Source: Epiperipatus broadwayi
Lineage: Eukaryota > Animalia > Onychophora
Assembly (NCBI GenBank): GCA_028023455.1
Contig: JAQFVV010000003.1
Span: 8,246,001 to 8,310,000, forward strand
Reading direction: 5' to 3'
Length of the DNA stretch: 64,000 bases
A model generated the notes under the pieces. It was given only the letters and a program-made list of their open reading frames with translations, was not told the origin of the DNA and did not search any database. Within the stretch, counting starts at the first letter, position 1. Each line of letters begins with the position of its first letter. Shown here one piece after another: positions 11,341 to 24,320 of this stretch. Both the position numbers and the translations under genes were made by a program.

Positions 11341-14300
11341 GAGTAGGCACTAGATAGGAATTTTATGCACAAGCCTTCTGGCATACATTGATTACTCTGA
11401 CTTGCACTGAGTGGCACTACTGTATGGAGAGTTTTGCCTGTTTTAATAACAGTTATGAGAAAGCATAAGAAATGGTAATCATGTGATGTTTAGTAGTTAA
11501 ATATACTTATCTGTTATCAAAAAACACTGGAATGTTTTTTATGTTATTAGATTTTATTATTAAATTTTCAATGTTTTAACCTCTTTATATATATTGTCTT
11601 TAGTTTTAATACATATTCATATTGAAATTATATACATTATATAAATTAAATAATAAACAAACACTTTAAGATTAAATTTTCATCATTAGTCTTACAAGTA
11701 TCACCACATATATTTATATTTGTTATACACTATAAGTATGTATTTTTTTGCTATTACTGTTTTTGTCACATTTATATTTAATTGTGAAAAAAAAATCTTT
11801 TAATTTCTCTTATTTATTATGATAAAATAAAACAGTCATTAATGCTATTTTAAATATTCCAACTATTAATTATTCAAATTATGTGAAATTGTCTTTTTGT
11901 TAGATCATTGAGTATTTTATTAAACATTACATATACACTTTCAATTTTTATTTTATCATTAAAAATAATATAATTATTTTGTATTAAATTAAATACAAAT
12001 GTGGCAAAATTGATAACAGCAAAAATGGTAAAAAATTGCATATTTATATAATGTATGCCTATTTATGGAACTTGCAAATAATACTTTTGTTATATCAGTG
12101 CCAATCTATTTTGACAGATAAAAGATGATCTTTTACCTGATCTTTGACTTATTATGTAGTAATGAATCAAGCATTTAAAAATTTATTTGAATGATAAGCT
12201 GTAAAATTATTTATGTGCACATTAAAAATCATCAGAATTTCATTTAATTTAAAATTTAACACTAAGCTTCAGCCTCTTCAAGTATCAATGCTTGATTTAT
12301 TATTATATAACACCGAAGATCAGATAAAAGCTCATTTTTTGTCCGACAAAATAGATTGGCATTGATATAACAAAAGATGGTATTAATATAATGTCATTTA
12401 AATGATTCTTTGGAAATCTAGTTTGTGAATTATCTTAGTAATGTATTCAGATGCGTTGTTCTGTGAATAAGTTTATATTCTTAGCATTACATATTTGATA
12501 AGCCAAAAAATTATTTCACGATCATTAAAAAAATCATAATAAAATATATAATTATGAATGTTGGCAGGAGTAATGATGAACATTTTATTTTAATAGTCTC
12601 ATTGTTTAGTTTTTATTTATTCTATTTGTTTAATTTATAGGATGTATATATATTAAAATTTTGAAAAAAAAACACTGAATTTTTTTTTTGTAGTTTTTAT
12701 GATTAACTTTGCTTAAGTTGGCTCTTTCGGGAAACTAAAAGGTGGCACCTTTCGAGATGAAGTAGTGTTTATCTTGTGAAATAAATGTTTAAATTGATCA
12801 AAACTAACAGATCATTATTCATTTTTTTGAATATTCAAATTGTTTGGTTTGATGTTGTTGACGTCATGGTGTTAGACCACATATTCCATAAGTGGCATCT
12901 GAATGAATAGGCTTTGGATATTTGGTATTGATTTACTTAAAAAAATTGTATAAAACATATTTTGAAGATATGTCTGTTACAATATATATATATCTCAATC
13001 TCTTTTTCTGTATCATATATATGCATTTTTATCTATTTACAGATGTATACTTCAATCTACTTTTTTCTTGCATCTATATGTTAAACTATTTACATCATCA
13101 CTGTATGATGGAAATAGTCTAATATATAGCTAGAAGTAAAATGCCATCATCATGAACTTTCAAACCCCCTTTCTTATTATAAAATATCCTTATATGTTTA
13201 TATATATGTCTTCTTCCATCGCATGCATTTACGTTTCTGTATATAGGCAATTTCTCCCATTTTTTAAATACATCTCTCTCTCTCTATAAATAAATAACAA
13301 TTTCAACTATGTTTTTTCCAACATCTCTCTTTCAAAATTTATTTTCTCTCTCTATATATAAATCTTTTTCACATTCTTTTTCGTGGTCTTTCTACTTTTC
13401 AAATGGGGGAACAAACTTTTTAATCAAGTCTCATTTATTCCTGATAAAGATTTGAATTTAAAAGTAAAATCTTACTATCCCTAATATTAAATTGATTTTT
13501 TATATATAAAATATCTTTAATTAAACAATTTTAGAACCATTAAAATGTATTTGACCAATGACAGATAAAAGATTTTAAATAAATTCTCATGAAAATAATG
13601 AGTGTTTTAAATATGATAAAAAAAAAAAAAAATAGCTTAGCTAAAATCAAAATATTTTTCCTTTGAAATCTTTTTACGCTACAATCTATCTCTTTGAATA
13701 TTCTCTTCTAATCTATTTTCAATAAGTTATTCCATTATCATTTTTTGCCCACTTTCTATCCCCTTTTCATGAAGTCTGTTTCATTATTATAATATTCTTT
13801 CTCCCCTAAATTGTTTAAAAATTTCCTTCTTTAACACACTTCTATTTCAACTTCATAAAAATTTAGTCATGAATTCACTTTTTTTTTTTATATTTTGGAA
13901 AAAATATTTTCATAGTGTAAAATTTTGTAAATTAAATTCTTTTGCTGTATATTTTATATTACATAATTCAATTTTTTTTTTTACTTGTAATCTCTTTAAC
14001 GATTTTTTATTTGTCACTAAATACATTTTTTATCTTCATACTTATTTTATAATTTTCTCTTCTTTAGTACATCTTTGCTATCTTAATATTTCACTTTGAA
14101 AAACAAAATACATTTGTTTTGAGAAAAAAAGTTAGGTATATAAGAAATTAAAGGTTCATGTAGCATAATTTGGAGGAAGACAGGAAAGATTTTACATAGG
14201 AATAGAGAGAAAAATATTGATTTGAGAATATAAAAGAATTGTGATAGATATTAGAGAAGATACAAGATTTAAAGGGAATGAGATTTTATAACAGAATCTG

Positions 14301-15592
14301 AATTAATAGGAACAATATGCTAAATGTCAAATAGTGCACGTTTGGATTGTCAGTTGATGGATATTACTTGGAAGATTATGTGCATTTGTATATCCTAATG
14401 ATTATATAGTATAACAATCACATTTCTTTACTATTGTACTTAACAAAGAAGAATTAAATAATGTATTCATATTAATTTCATGAAATATGATTACAAAGAA
14501 AGTAAAAAAAAAAATTCCTAAGAGATATTATATTAATTATATCAGAAAAGAAACATATGCAATAGTTAACCATTTCCTAATTTAGAATATATATATTCTC
14601 AAAATTAATATATATACTTCACATTTATATTAAAATAGTTTGTGACAGAAGAATAAAGAACTCAGTATAATCTTTTTTTTAGATCTATGTTCACTTATCA
14701 TAATGACTTTTTAACTTTACAATAATCTAACATATTTTTTACTTATTCCTATATAATACATGAATTTAGGCATGCTTATCTATTCTATATATAAAATGAC
14801 AGTTTTATGTAATAGAAATAGAAGCAAATGATGCAGTTCATTAAAAATCCTAGACGTAAATCTGTTAATAAGGGAATAAAATTTCTCCTATCTGACCACT
14901 ATTATAAAAAGAACAAACTGTTGTGAAAAATAAAGCAGAAATAGAGCATTTGCAGTAAAAAATACAGTATTCTTAAGAAATATTAATAATTATTTATCTA
15001 ACTCTACATAGATAAAATGACAATTTTATACAACACAAATTGAGATTATTTTAAATTATAGTTGTTAAAATATATATTTTTCTTTTTTTAAAAAAGAAAT
15101 ATATTTAAACTAATGTTATTGAAATAGATGTTTTTATATGTATTGTTAAATTTAATGCATTATATTAAGTTGTTAAAATATTGACTTATTGTGTTACATA
15201 AATCTTCTTCTACACTCTTTATTACTGAGACGGAAAGTTGTGAAGAGCTTAAGATATTTGAATCTTACAATATTTTTATTTTTAATTTAAATTAATGTCA
15301 TTGTATTAGATAAATGTTATTTTACATTCTTTATTATTGACATTGAAAGTTGTTTCAATCTTTTAGCATTTTTTTTTTTATCTTTTGAAAAAAAAAATGG
15401 TGGAAATGATATTAAAATATATAAATGTAATTTATACTTATACCATTTATGTTTTACATTATTCTAGATATTGTTTTATCAAATACTGATTTATGTGACA
15501 GGATTATATTACCCTGCTATAATGATGATATATTTGTGTTAAATAATAAAATACTGAATTTACTTAGCACTGAAGAAGCTTCCTAGTATGTA

Positions 15593-18500
15593 AGAGTCAA
15601 AAGAATTTATAAAAGGGTAGTAAGAAAAGAAGGAATTGTTAAAATTGGTTATTTGAGTATGCAAAGTGATAGGAGACCAGAAAAGTGGCTGGAATTAAAC
15701 AAAGCAGTTAAAAATGAAGAGCTTTAGGAATTAGCAGTAGTGGAAACATATCTAAGAAAAGAATAAGAACCTACACTGGAAGACTTTGTATGGCGGGGCA
15801 TAAATAGAAAAGAAAAAAGGAATGGTAGCATAGGAGTTATGTCAAAAAAATATTTAACTACTGCTAAGTGACAAGAACATTTGTGGTTTGAGATAAGGTT
15901 ATGAAGACAAGAATGGGTGGTGGCAATAGTGTATATAGCCACTGGAAATAAACTATAATGGAATGGAACAGTAGCACATGTGTATGCCTAGTTAAGGATA
16001 TACAGAGTTAAAAAAAGGGGGAAGAAAGTAATGGTTATAGGGGATATGAATGAGCATATTGAAGAAATTGATGATGTGGATATCAAGAATGGACAGCTTT
16101 TGAAATTTTTTTATCAGAGTGAATTTGAACATTGGAAATTTATCAAATATTTATGAGGGGTAATTCACTTGATCTAGAAATAATATATTTCACACAATAG
16201 ATTATACATTAGTAGAGAAAAAATACAGAAAATTAAAATGTTTGATAATGAAGGGAAAGTATGTAATAGTGATCATATTTCTTTATAATAGAAATGGTTA
16301 ATAATGTGAATGAAAATAGTAATAAATTAGAAAGGATAGTGAAAAATGTGGATGGAGAATGAATGATAAGTTAGAAGATTATAAAATAAAAGTAGAAGAA
16401 ATCATGGAAAAGTTTATGGGAGATGAATATAAGGACTGGTGTGGTGAAGTAGAAAAAGTGGCAAATAGGGTTTTAGATGAGAATATTCAGAAGAATAAAA
16501 GTAATACTAAAAGTGAGAATTAGTTAAAGTATAAAAGAGAGGGAAAAAGCATGCAGAAAATATAAATGTGCTACTAAAAACAAAGAAAGTGAAAAAGATG
16601 TTAATATAAAATAGGAAAAATATTTTTTAAAAAAAGGAAATGGTTAAAATAAATAATTATAGAGAGTGAATGAAATTAAATAGTAAAATATTGGAGGCTA
16701 TTTATAAAAGTGGAAGAGACGGGAATAAAAAATTCTGGAAATATATTACAAGAAGGAATGTAGGGGAGAGAAAGAAATAGTATCATGAGGAAAAAGAGTA
16801 TAGCTCTAGAGAAGAATTAGAAACAATCTTAAATAAATAATGTAATGAATATTGTTAGATATGAAACACAATAACAAATGTAAAAGCATATAGTAATGGA
16901 AATACAGTATTAGGTTTAGGGAAAATGAATGAGGCAGGGAAGAAATTAAAAAGTGGAAAGGCAAGAGGTTTAGATGAATGGGCAGCAGAGAAGACAGAAC
17001 AGAAGAAAGAATTTGCAGATAGATGCAAGAGTAAGGCTATTATTTAAAGGAAAGGGTAAGGATCGTAGAAAGTTAAACAATTAGACTGATAGTGATAACA
17101 TCAGTGTTATGTAAAGTTTTTGCATATATGGTGCATGGAAGAGTGGCAAAACGGATGGAAGAAAATAATATAGTAGGAGAAAAGGAAGGAGGTTTTCGAT
17201 CAGATAGGCATATAGGAGATAGTTTATTTGTAGTCACACAACTTATAGATATGAGTAGGAATACGGGTAGACAATTGTCTTTATAGATATAGAGAAGGCA
17301 TATGATAGAGTAAATAGAAATAGATTACAGGTAAGTTCAGTAAATTTGGGAATGGGTGGAGCTTTAATGGATCTTATTAAGAGATTGTATGAAAATAATT
17401 GCTCTAAGTATCAATTAGGAAATATAGAATCAGTTAGAGTTAAATGTGGGGTAGGACTAAGGCAAGAATGCCCTATGTCATCTATTTTGTTTTTGTTATA
17501 TTTGAGAGGGAGAAAGCAATAGAAAGAAGGATAGAGATAGCATTAATAGGTGGCAAGGGAATGTATATATTATCAGGTCTTTTATTTGTTGATATGTTCT
17601 TGTGCACAGAAAGTATGGAAGTTATGCTAAAGACATGGGTAAAGAGATGGGTATTGTATTTAGTGAAAAAAAAACAACAAAAGTAATGATGATAAATGCT
17701 GGGGAAAGAGAAGGGAAAGAATTTTTATTGGGAAATATAAAGTTAAATGTGGTAAATAGGTGTCTTAAGTAATCCAAGAAATTGCTTGGATGAATGGGAG
17801 AAAAAATTGATAAATGAAGCAAAGAAAAGAAAGGGACTGATAAAGAAATTAACAGTGTTTTCATATAATAAGTATGATGTAGCAAGAATTGTATGGCAGT
17901 AGCAGGGTTAACTTATGCCAATAATGTGTTATGTATTAGTAAAGGGATGTTAGATTACTCAGAAAAAGTACAAAGTAGGAAGACATGTAGATGTGTGGAT
18001 GGTAAAGGAGGCAATTCAAGGAGAAATGGGATGGTCAAGTTTTTATGAGAAATGCAAAAAGCAAAATGAAAATGTTCAGTAGATTACAATTTATGGATAA
18101 TAAGAGAATAGCCAAAATAGTATTTAATTAGATTGTGAGTAAAGGACAGGCAACAAGATGGGCAAGAAAGGTAGTACGATATGCAGAAGATTTGGATAAA
18201 GACTTTATGTCAGTATACTTATACAAAAGGTGGAATGATTGTGTTAGGAGAATTGTTGAGTGTTATAGTGGCAAGAAATGGGATAGAAGAAAAGATGCAT
18301 TAATAAAAAATAGGGAGTTTGAGAGATGGAGAACTAGTATGGAGAGTAAAAGGAGTTTAAATATATATAGAAGTAAACAGAATATTGGGTGCGAGTTAAT
18401 TTATAATAATAGAAAAGTAAGTAGTTTATTGTTTAAGACTCAAACAAGATCATCAGCAACAAGGAAATATGTACATAAATGGAGAAATGAGGGTGATTTA

Positions 18501-18857
18501 GTCTGCAAGTTATGTAAGGAAGGCATGGCAAATATTAGGCATCTGTTAATTGAATGTAAATGCTTACAAGCAGAAAGGATACAAATAATGAAGTTGTGGG
18601 AGAATAAATATAAACAAAGTGATTATACAGAAAGTGAGTTCTTGGTTTTTATGCTGGAATTGGAAAAAGATAAAGGGGATTTAGATATAAAGGCCATAGA
18701 GTGGGCAAAGATAATGTTGTGGAAATGGGATGGCACAGGATAGAGAAGAATATGGGAAAAACTTAAGGTGGGGAATGGAAAGAGAAGGTAAGGTGGCTAA
18801 CAGGTTTCTCTGGGCAAAGTAGCTGAGAGATTCCTGACTCAGAGAAAGGTGAAGCCA
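15593..18857 (+). mobile_element. near full-length decayed non-LTR retrotransposon ORF2 (APE endonuclease + RT + CCHC)
   Basis: Broken-frame motifs appear in order: KIGYLSMQ, LAVVETYL, VMVIGDMNEH, TIDYTL, NSDHI (APE); ITSVLCKVF, GGFRSDR, IEKAYDRV, GLRQECPMS, GLLFVD (RT); EAIQGEMGWSSF; CKLCKEGMANIRHLLIEC (zinc knuckle). Many stops and frameshifts. Confidence 0.92.
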
Positions 18858-21800
18858 TAGTACAGTGTATCGCATCAACAATTGTGAATTCTAAAAAAAA
18901 ATTAATTATACATTATTTTACAAATGGCTACATATATATATATGTGAATACAGTTTTCATGTTCTGCATATGCTAGTTACTATTATATCTTTAATGTTTT
19001 ATTTGGATCTCTTCTGCCATTGTCTGGATAGCTTTCTTTAGTTGGTGTTATAATTATAACAAGCAACTAAATGTTGAAAAACCTGATAATTTGCATTCAC
19101 ACTTTTTTTTGTTCATGAAAATATTTTATTAGTATCTCAATAATTTACAAAATTGCATTTAAAAAAAAATCAATTACTGTAATTAAAATCAACAACACAT
19201 TTTATTTAATATTCATGTAGAAATAACAAATACATTTTATATACAGCTGTACACTATATAGTATCTTAAAATATATAATCATTTTACTTATTGGATGTCC
19301 AGTTAGAAAATGTACCATACAATGTATTACATTTTTTTAATACTTGTACAGTATTTTTTATAAAGAAATTAAAAACAAAATTTAAGAATTAAATTCATTT
19401 TTTTTATATATAATAATCAAGAAAAAGTTTATTTAAGAATTTAACAATTAAAATTTGTTTTCCATTTTTATTTATTTGTCCCCATCCTGTATGATTCAGC
19501 ATCATGACAAATTTAAAAATTCCTAGATTGATTTTCAACTAAGAAACAAATACATATATATCAATTTGGTCAGTTGAGTGGAATTATTTTATTTTGGTCC
19601 ATCACTTTTGTGCTTGGAGTCATATGAATTCATGACCAGTAAATCATAGAATTATTTAAAGAAAACATGGAAAACTAGAGGGGATGGTTAAATTACTCCT
19701 GCAACTTTTCATTTTTTTTTATTTAAAAAACTACATTACAAAAATGATGGGGAAATATGCAGTCATGACAATCCATACACACTAATGTTGCTTTTTTAAA
19801 TTTTGTTTTAAAAATATATTTAAAAAAACAACAACATTAAATGTATTTTTGAATGTTGTTTAATTAATAGATGATATAAGTTAGTTAAAACTTAAATTTG
19901 CAAATTGTTGTAAAAAGTAGAAAATGATGATGACATCCGATATGAAAACTTACAAGAATTATTGCAATTTTCAAAATAAAATATTTAATGATTTACAAGT
20001 GTGAAGGAATAGTTGCATTCAGACAAAAATAAAATAGGATTTTGATTTTAAATTCTTCATTTTAAATAAATTTCTGGAAATCAAATATTTATATCCCCTT
20101 TTTTTTTTTAAATAGAAAAGAAATACTTAGCTAATAAATTTCAACTTATAATTATTAAGTTAAAAAAGACAAAAAGAAAGGAAATATCCCTGATAAACAT
20201 ATATAAGTCATTAAATAGTTATGTACAAGCATGTATGTAAATCAAAAATCTAGCCCCATAGAAGATTTAGTATGTCATATACAAAAAATGATCACTTAGA
20301 GTAAAATTGAACGTTTTTATGATCTAATGCATATAATTATCATTATTTTGATGATTTCCAGCTATACTTCAATGCTTTTTTATTTTTGCAGACTTATTCC
20401 ATGGCAGTTCTAGTTAATAATAACAGAATGAAATAGACCTTGTGCTTTTGTAAACAAAAAGTAATGCTACCTTATATTAAATCGCAGAAATTTTTAATTT
20501 TAAGTAGTTCAACAGGTCAGGAATTCATTATACAATCATTAGTAAGACCTTTGTTTATCTTAGAAAACAAATGCATCTGCACATTTAATACCGATTGTTT
20601 TCATTGTATAAAGTCCGCTTAGTCCAGGTACCAAACAAACTATATCAAGATTGTCATATGGAATATTGTCATTGCTTTCCTGCAGCACAGATAAGCATAT
20701 ATTTAGTGATGAAATAGTATTGAGGCTATTGAAAATCCATTGAATTGAGAAAAGACATATATAGCACTGCCCAAGAGTTGAGTAATTAGTTACTTTATTA
20801 GGAGATACAATAAGTGATCCATACCCCCCCCCCCCCAATTGTAACCAATAAATCAGATTTTGATATGTTAGAACATTTCTAAGAAAATAAATAGAGTAAC
20901 AGCCTAGTTGGATGGCCATGCTGATCTGCAGACTTGCTTCCTCTGGATTTCTTAAATCGATTGTTTGATAAAATAACATCAGAATTTGAAACAAGAATTT
21001 TCAGCTGGGTTATAAATTATTTAAAAGATAATGGGTATTAATTTATGCATCTATTATAATTTTGGAATCATTATATAAATATTTTTTAAGTAACTCTCTA
21101 CAACGAATTTAATTTTTCATTATAAATCTTCCAAGGACTTGATTTACTCTGTATATAAAAATATACATATATGTGTGTGTGTGTTATGTAGCATATAATT
21201 AAAAAGGAAATCTAGGTATTAAATATCCAACTTTAACAATCAATTTTTTAAATATGCCATACTGTTATAAAAGATTTTACAAAGTTTGCATTTTAGAAAC
21301 TTTAAATAAATAAAAAAAAAAAAATTAAACAAAAAAATTGATCTGTTAATTAAAAACTGTATACATATTAAAAAATAATGTACACTCAGATGGCATTTAA
21401 CAAATAAAAATATATATAGATGTCTGATCTTTTCAAATTTAATATATATATTATAGCTGATATTTCCAAGAAAAAAGTCACAACACATGCTAAAAATAAT
21501 TCATAATATTTTGTTATTAATATACAAATATTTACATGAAAAACTTGATATATTTACATTTAGGTGCATGTCATTTGTGAAATGACTTTCAATCTTGTCA
21601 ATTTTCATCATCACTAGTGACTTGACTAGACACAAACTTTTTCCTGTAAATAAAAAGTTAAGTTTAAGAAAATAAAGTTGGCTATTTTAATCAAAACCAA
21701 TTAGTTATCAAAACTTACAAAATAAAAAGTACACTTTCAATTTAAAAATATATCAATTATTTGATAAAAATATTACTGGACAATGAGTTTTCTTAATGAA

Positions 21801-22699
21801 TATTGGAATTCGTTATCCTTTTTGTTCTTGTTTGTTATAAATTGGCTGAAACGTTTCGAATGTTGGCTAAAGAAAAGATTTATTACATGTATTTATTTTT
21901 ATTAAATGTAGCTGAATGTGCTTTCGATTTAGAAAACCAGATTTATAGCACTCGTGGGTTGGATGGGTATACTGCAGTATTTATTGATGAATTACTAATT
22001 ATTTAAATTAGCTATTTAAATATTCCACTTGCTTGAGAATTGGATACCGTTTTCCTTTTTGTTGAAGACATGGTTGTTGTAAAGATATATGGATATCAAG
22101 TTATTAGAATAAATGTTTAATTATTTCAGGTTTATTTATTCATAAATACAAAAAAATTCTGGCAAAAGTGATGCATCTTGAAATTTTTTCAGAGAAGAGA
22201 AGCAAATCTAGTAAATATTTGGGACTAAAATAGATTTGATATTGATGAACAGCATTTTTGTGTTAAAATACTTTGTTAAATAAGCATTCCATATAAATTT
22301 AAAGGTGAAAATTAGAATACACATATATTAAGCCAAATATATCAATTTAAAATTAAAAAACTAGCTAATATCAAATTAAAAATTCATTACCAATAATTTT
22401 CCCCTGACTAGTTTAGCTTTTGGCATTTGATATATAAATTTTCATTCATACATTTTAGAAAAACAAGTTACAATAAACAATATTCAGGTTCAAATTTTAA
22501 AACTTGAGTAATTTCCAGTTATGTTCTGCAATATGAAAGAAAAAAATGTGAAAATAATTAATCCATTTAGAAGAATTGGATATCTAGAAATTTGGAAAAA
22601 AAAATGTTATAGGAAAGAATTGATGGTGACAGACATGATATTCATATCAAATTCTTAGATTAATCTAAGAATCATTAATGGTCTAAAATCTTCCAACTT

Positions 22700-23140
22700 A
22701 TCATTGCTCTATTAAGATACATAAACAAATAATAATTATAAAACAAGGAAAGCTACAAAAGTGTGTGGAATAATGCTACCAAGAACTATATATTAATAAA
22801 ACAGAAAAACAAAGCACTCTGTAAAATTATAAAAATTAATATACCAGATATTACAAATTATACACTAAAGTATGAAGGAATTGAGTAAGAGAGGAATCAA
22901 AAGTGAAATACAGTTGACAGAACAGATGTTGGAAAAATAAAAATATTCAAATGGAGATGGGATGGACATATTATTAAAATATATAATATATGGAGAACTG
23001 ATGTTCTAAATTTGGTCACAATCGTATACAAAAGACTACACATAACTGTGTATAAAATGGATAAATAAGAAAGCACATATTTCAATACATTAAGAAAAGA
23101 AGCTATGAAGTGAAGATGATTGGAATGATAATATCAAATT
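22700..23140 (+). mobile_element. RTE-clade LINE 3' fragment
   Basis: Reads TDVGKIKIFKWRWDGHIIKI..WRTDVLNL, the RTE C-terminal motif; heavily decayed. Confidence 0.65.
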
Positions 23141-23285
23141 TAATGATCAAATAATAATATTTTACTAAATCACGAAAGTAAATGGATTATTCATTGAACT
23201 TTTTGAAGTTATATATTAAGTTTACTGCCTGAAGTCAAATTAGTGTTACAGCCAAGCAATAGTGCTTGATTATGTGATGATGCTG

Positions 23286-23319
23286 TTATTGTGATAATTC
23301 ATTCGCCCACGAAGATTCT
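23286..23319 (-). CDS. candidate terminal coding exon of the Rubicon-family gene
   Basis: Acceptor attaattttggttcag. Phase-compatible with the AG| end of the 24248 exon, giving R-ESSWANELSQ-stop. There is no homology support and alternatives exist (see findings). Confidence 0.4.
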
Positions 23320-24247
23320 CTGAACCAAAATTAATGTCTCCATTTAAATCACTAGATGTGTTATACCAAGGCTTCCCATGTATGATCCAATCATTATGTA
23401 TCTCTTTCTATTTTTAATTCTCTATTTTAATTAAATATATATTTTTTCTATTTTTTATTTATCACCAATTCTTTTGTATTAACATGATTAAAGAGATAGT
23501 TTACTTTTTACAATAAGATATAATTGATTGTTGTAACTGTAATTCACATTTTCATAATCTCATGAAAAGCTAAAGCAATGTTAATGTTAGAAAAATTATA
23601 TAAATATGAAAACTGTTAGAAAAAGTTTAGAAAGAAAATTATTAATAGATTTTATTGGTTACATTAAGGTATATACATTATATCAAGTTTACTGTCTCAA
23701 AGTTAATTTCACAAAAAGTTCTTTTAATCCATTTAAGAGAAATAGTATCCTTATTTGATTTTAGGTCAAAAGATGTACAACAATTAAAATTTTAATGAGT
23801 GATTAAAATGAACATGATACATGAAGGAGTAATAAATAGATTTAAATGCAAACATACCTTTTGGGAGTCTTTTTTTTGTAGGCTACAACTTTGGATGCCA
23901 AACCCCACTAGCATTTTGGAACTGGAGTAAAAAATATCAAGGCTCAGTCATATTTCTCTTTTATTTAGTTAGGATTTATTTCCAAACAAAAAAAAAAAAG
24001 TGGATGTTGATTTTATGATGCATTATGGGATGAACAAAATAAATCTAAACCTCAAACTGGAATTTTAATTAATGATCTTCTGTTTGATAATAAACTATTA
24101 TCTATGCCATTTCACATTCTATTGCTAATAAAATTCATATTTTCCAAATACATTTAGATATTAATTAATAAAATAATAAATTTCCACTATAAATACATAA
24201 CCAAGTAAATATAAAAAAAAATGCAAATAATTTCTTCATAAAATTAC

Positions 24248-24320
24248 CTTGACTCAATCCTCAAGCATTTTGGGCATTTTTCTGGAACAAAACAAGCTTT
24301 ATGAAAGCAAGACTGGCACA
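24248..24320 (-). CDS. RUBCN: Rubicon-family RH-domain C-terminal zinc-finger exon
   Basis: Acceptor (T)n-cag and donor GTAATT. The G|TG join gives VCQSCFHKACFVPEKCPKCLRIES+AG (cf. Rubicon '[25 protein letters not shown]'). Confidence 0.95.

Larger units (their letters stand above)
10780..11497 (+). mobile_element. Penelope-like pLTR / retrozyme-type insertion, family 1, copy B
   Basis: An inverted copy (~10780-11045) is followed by one full ~450-nt sense monomer ending in an unpaired ~55-nt tail. Flanked by the exact 13-bp direct repeat TAAATATACTTAT (10767-10779, 11498-11510). Both arms carry the hammerhead motif. Confidence 0.85.

Noticed and set aside
10780-11445. Family 1 fold-backs as ordinary TIR MITEs
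   Set aside because: The TSDs vary from 12 to 14 bp, sit outside an asymmetric one-sided tail, arm lengths vary, and copy D is partially tandem. None of this fits cut-and-paste transposition.
12920-14330. Purine-skewed minus-strand tracts here and at 2250-3960, 29150-31330 and 50000-52500 as LINE remnants
   Set aside because: Probably very old LINE debris, but the motifs are too eroded to give boundaries or a family.
20560-20994. 144-aa minus-strand ORF as a standalone gene
   Set aside because: No recognisable family, and the Gly run comes from a C homopolymer. Only its 3' part is kept, as a speculative Rubicon terminal exon.
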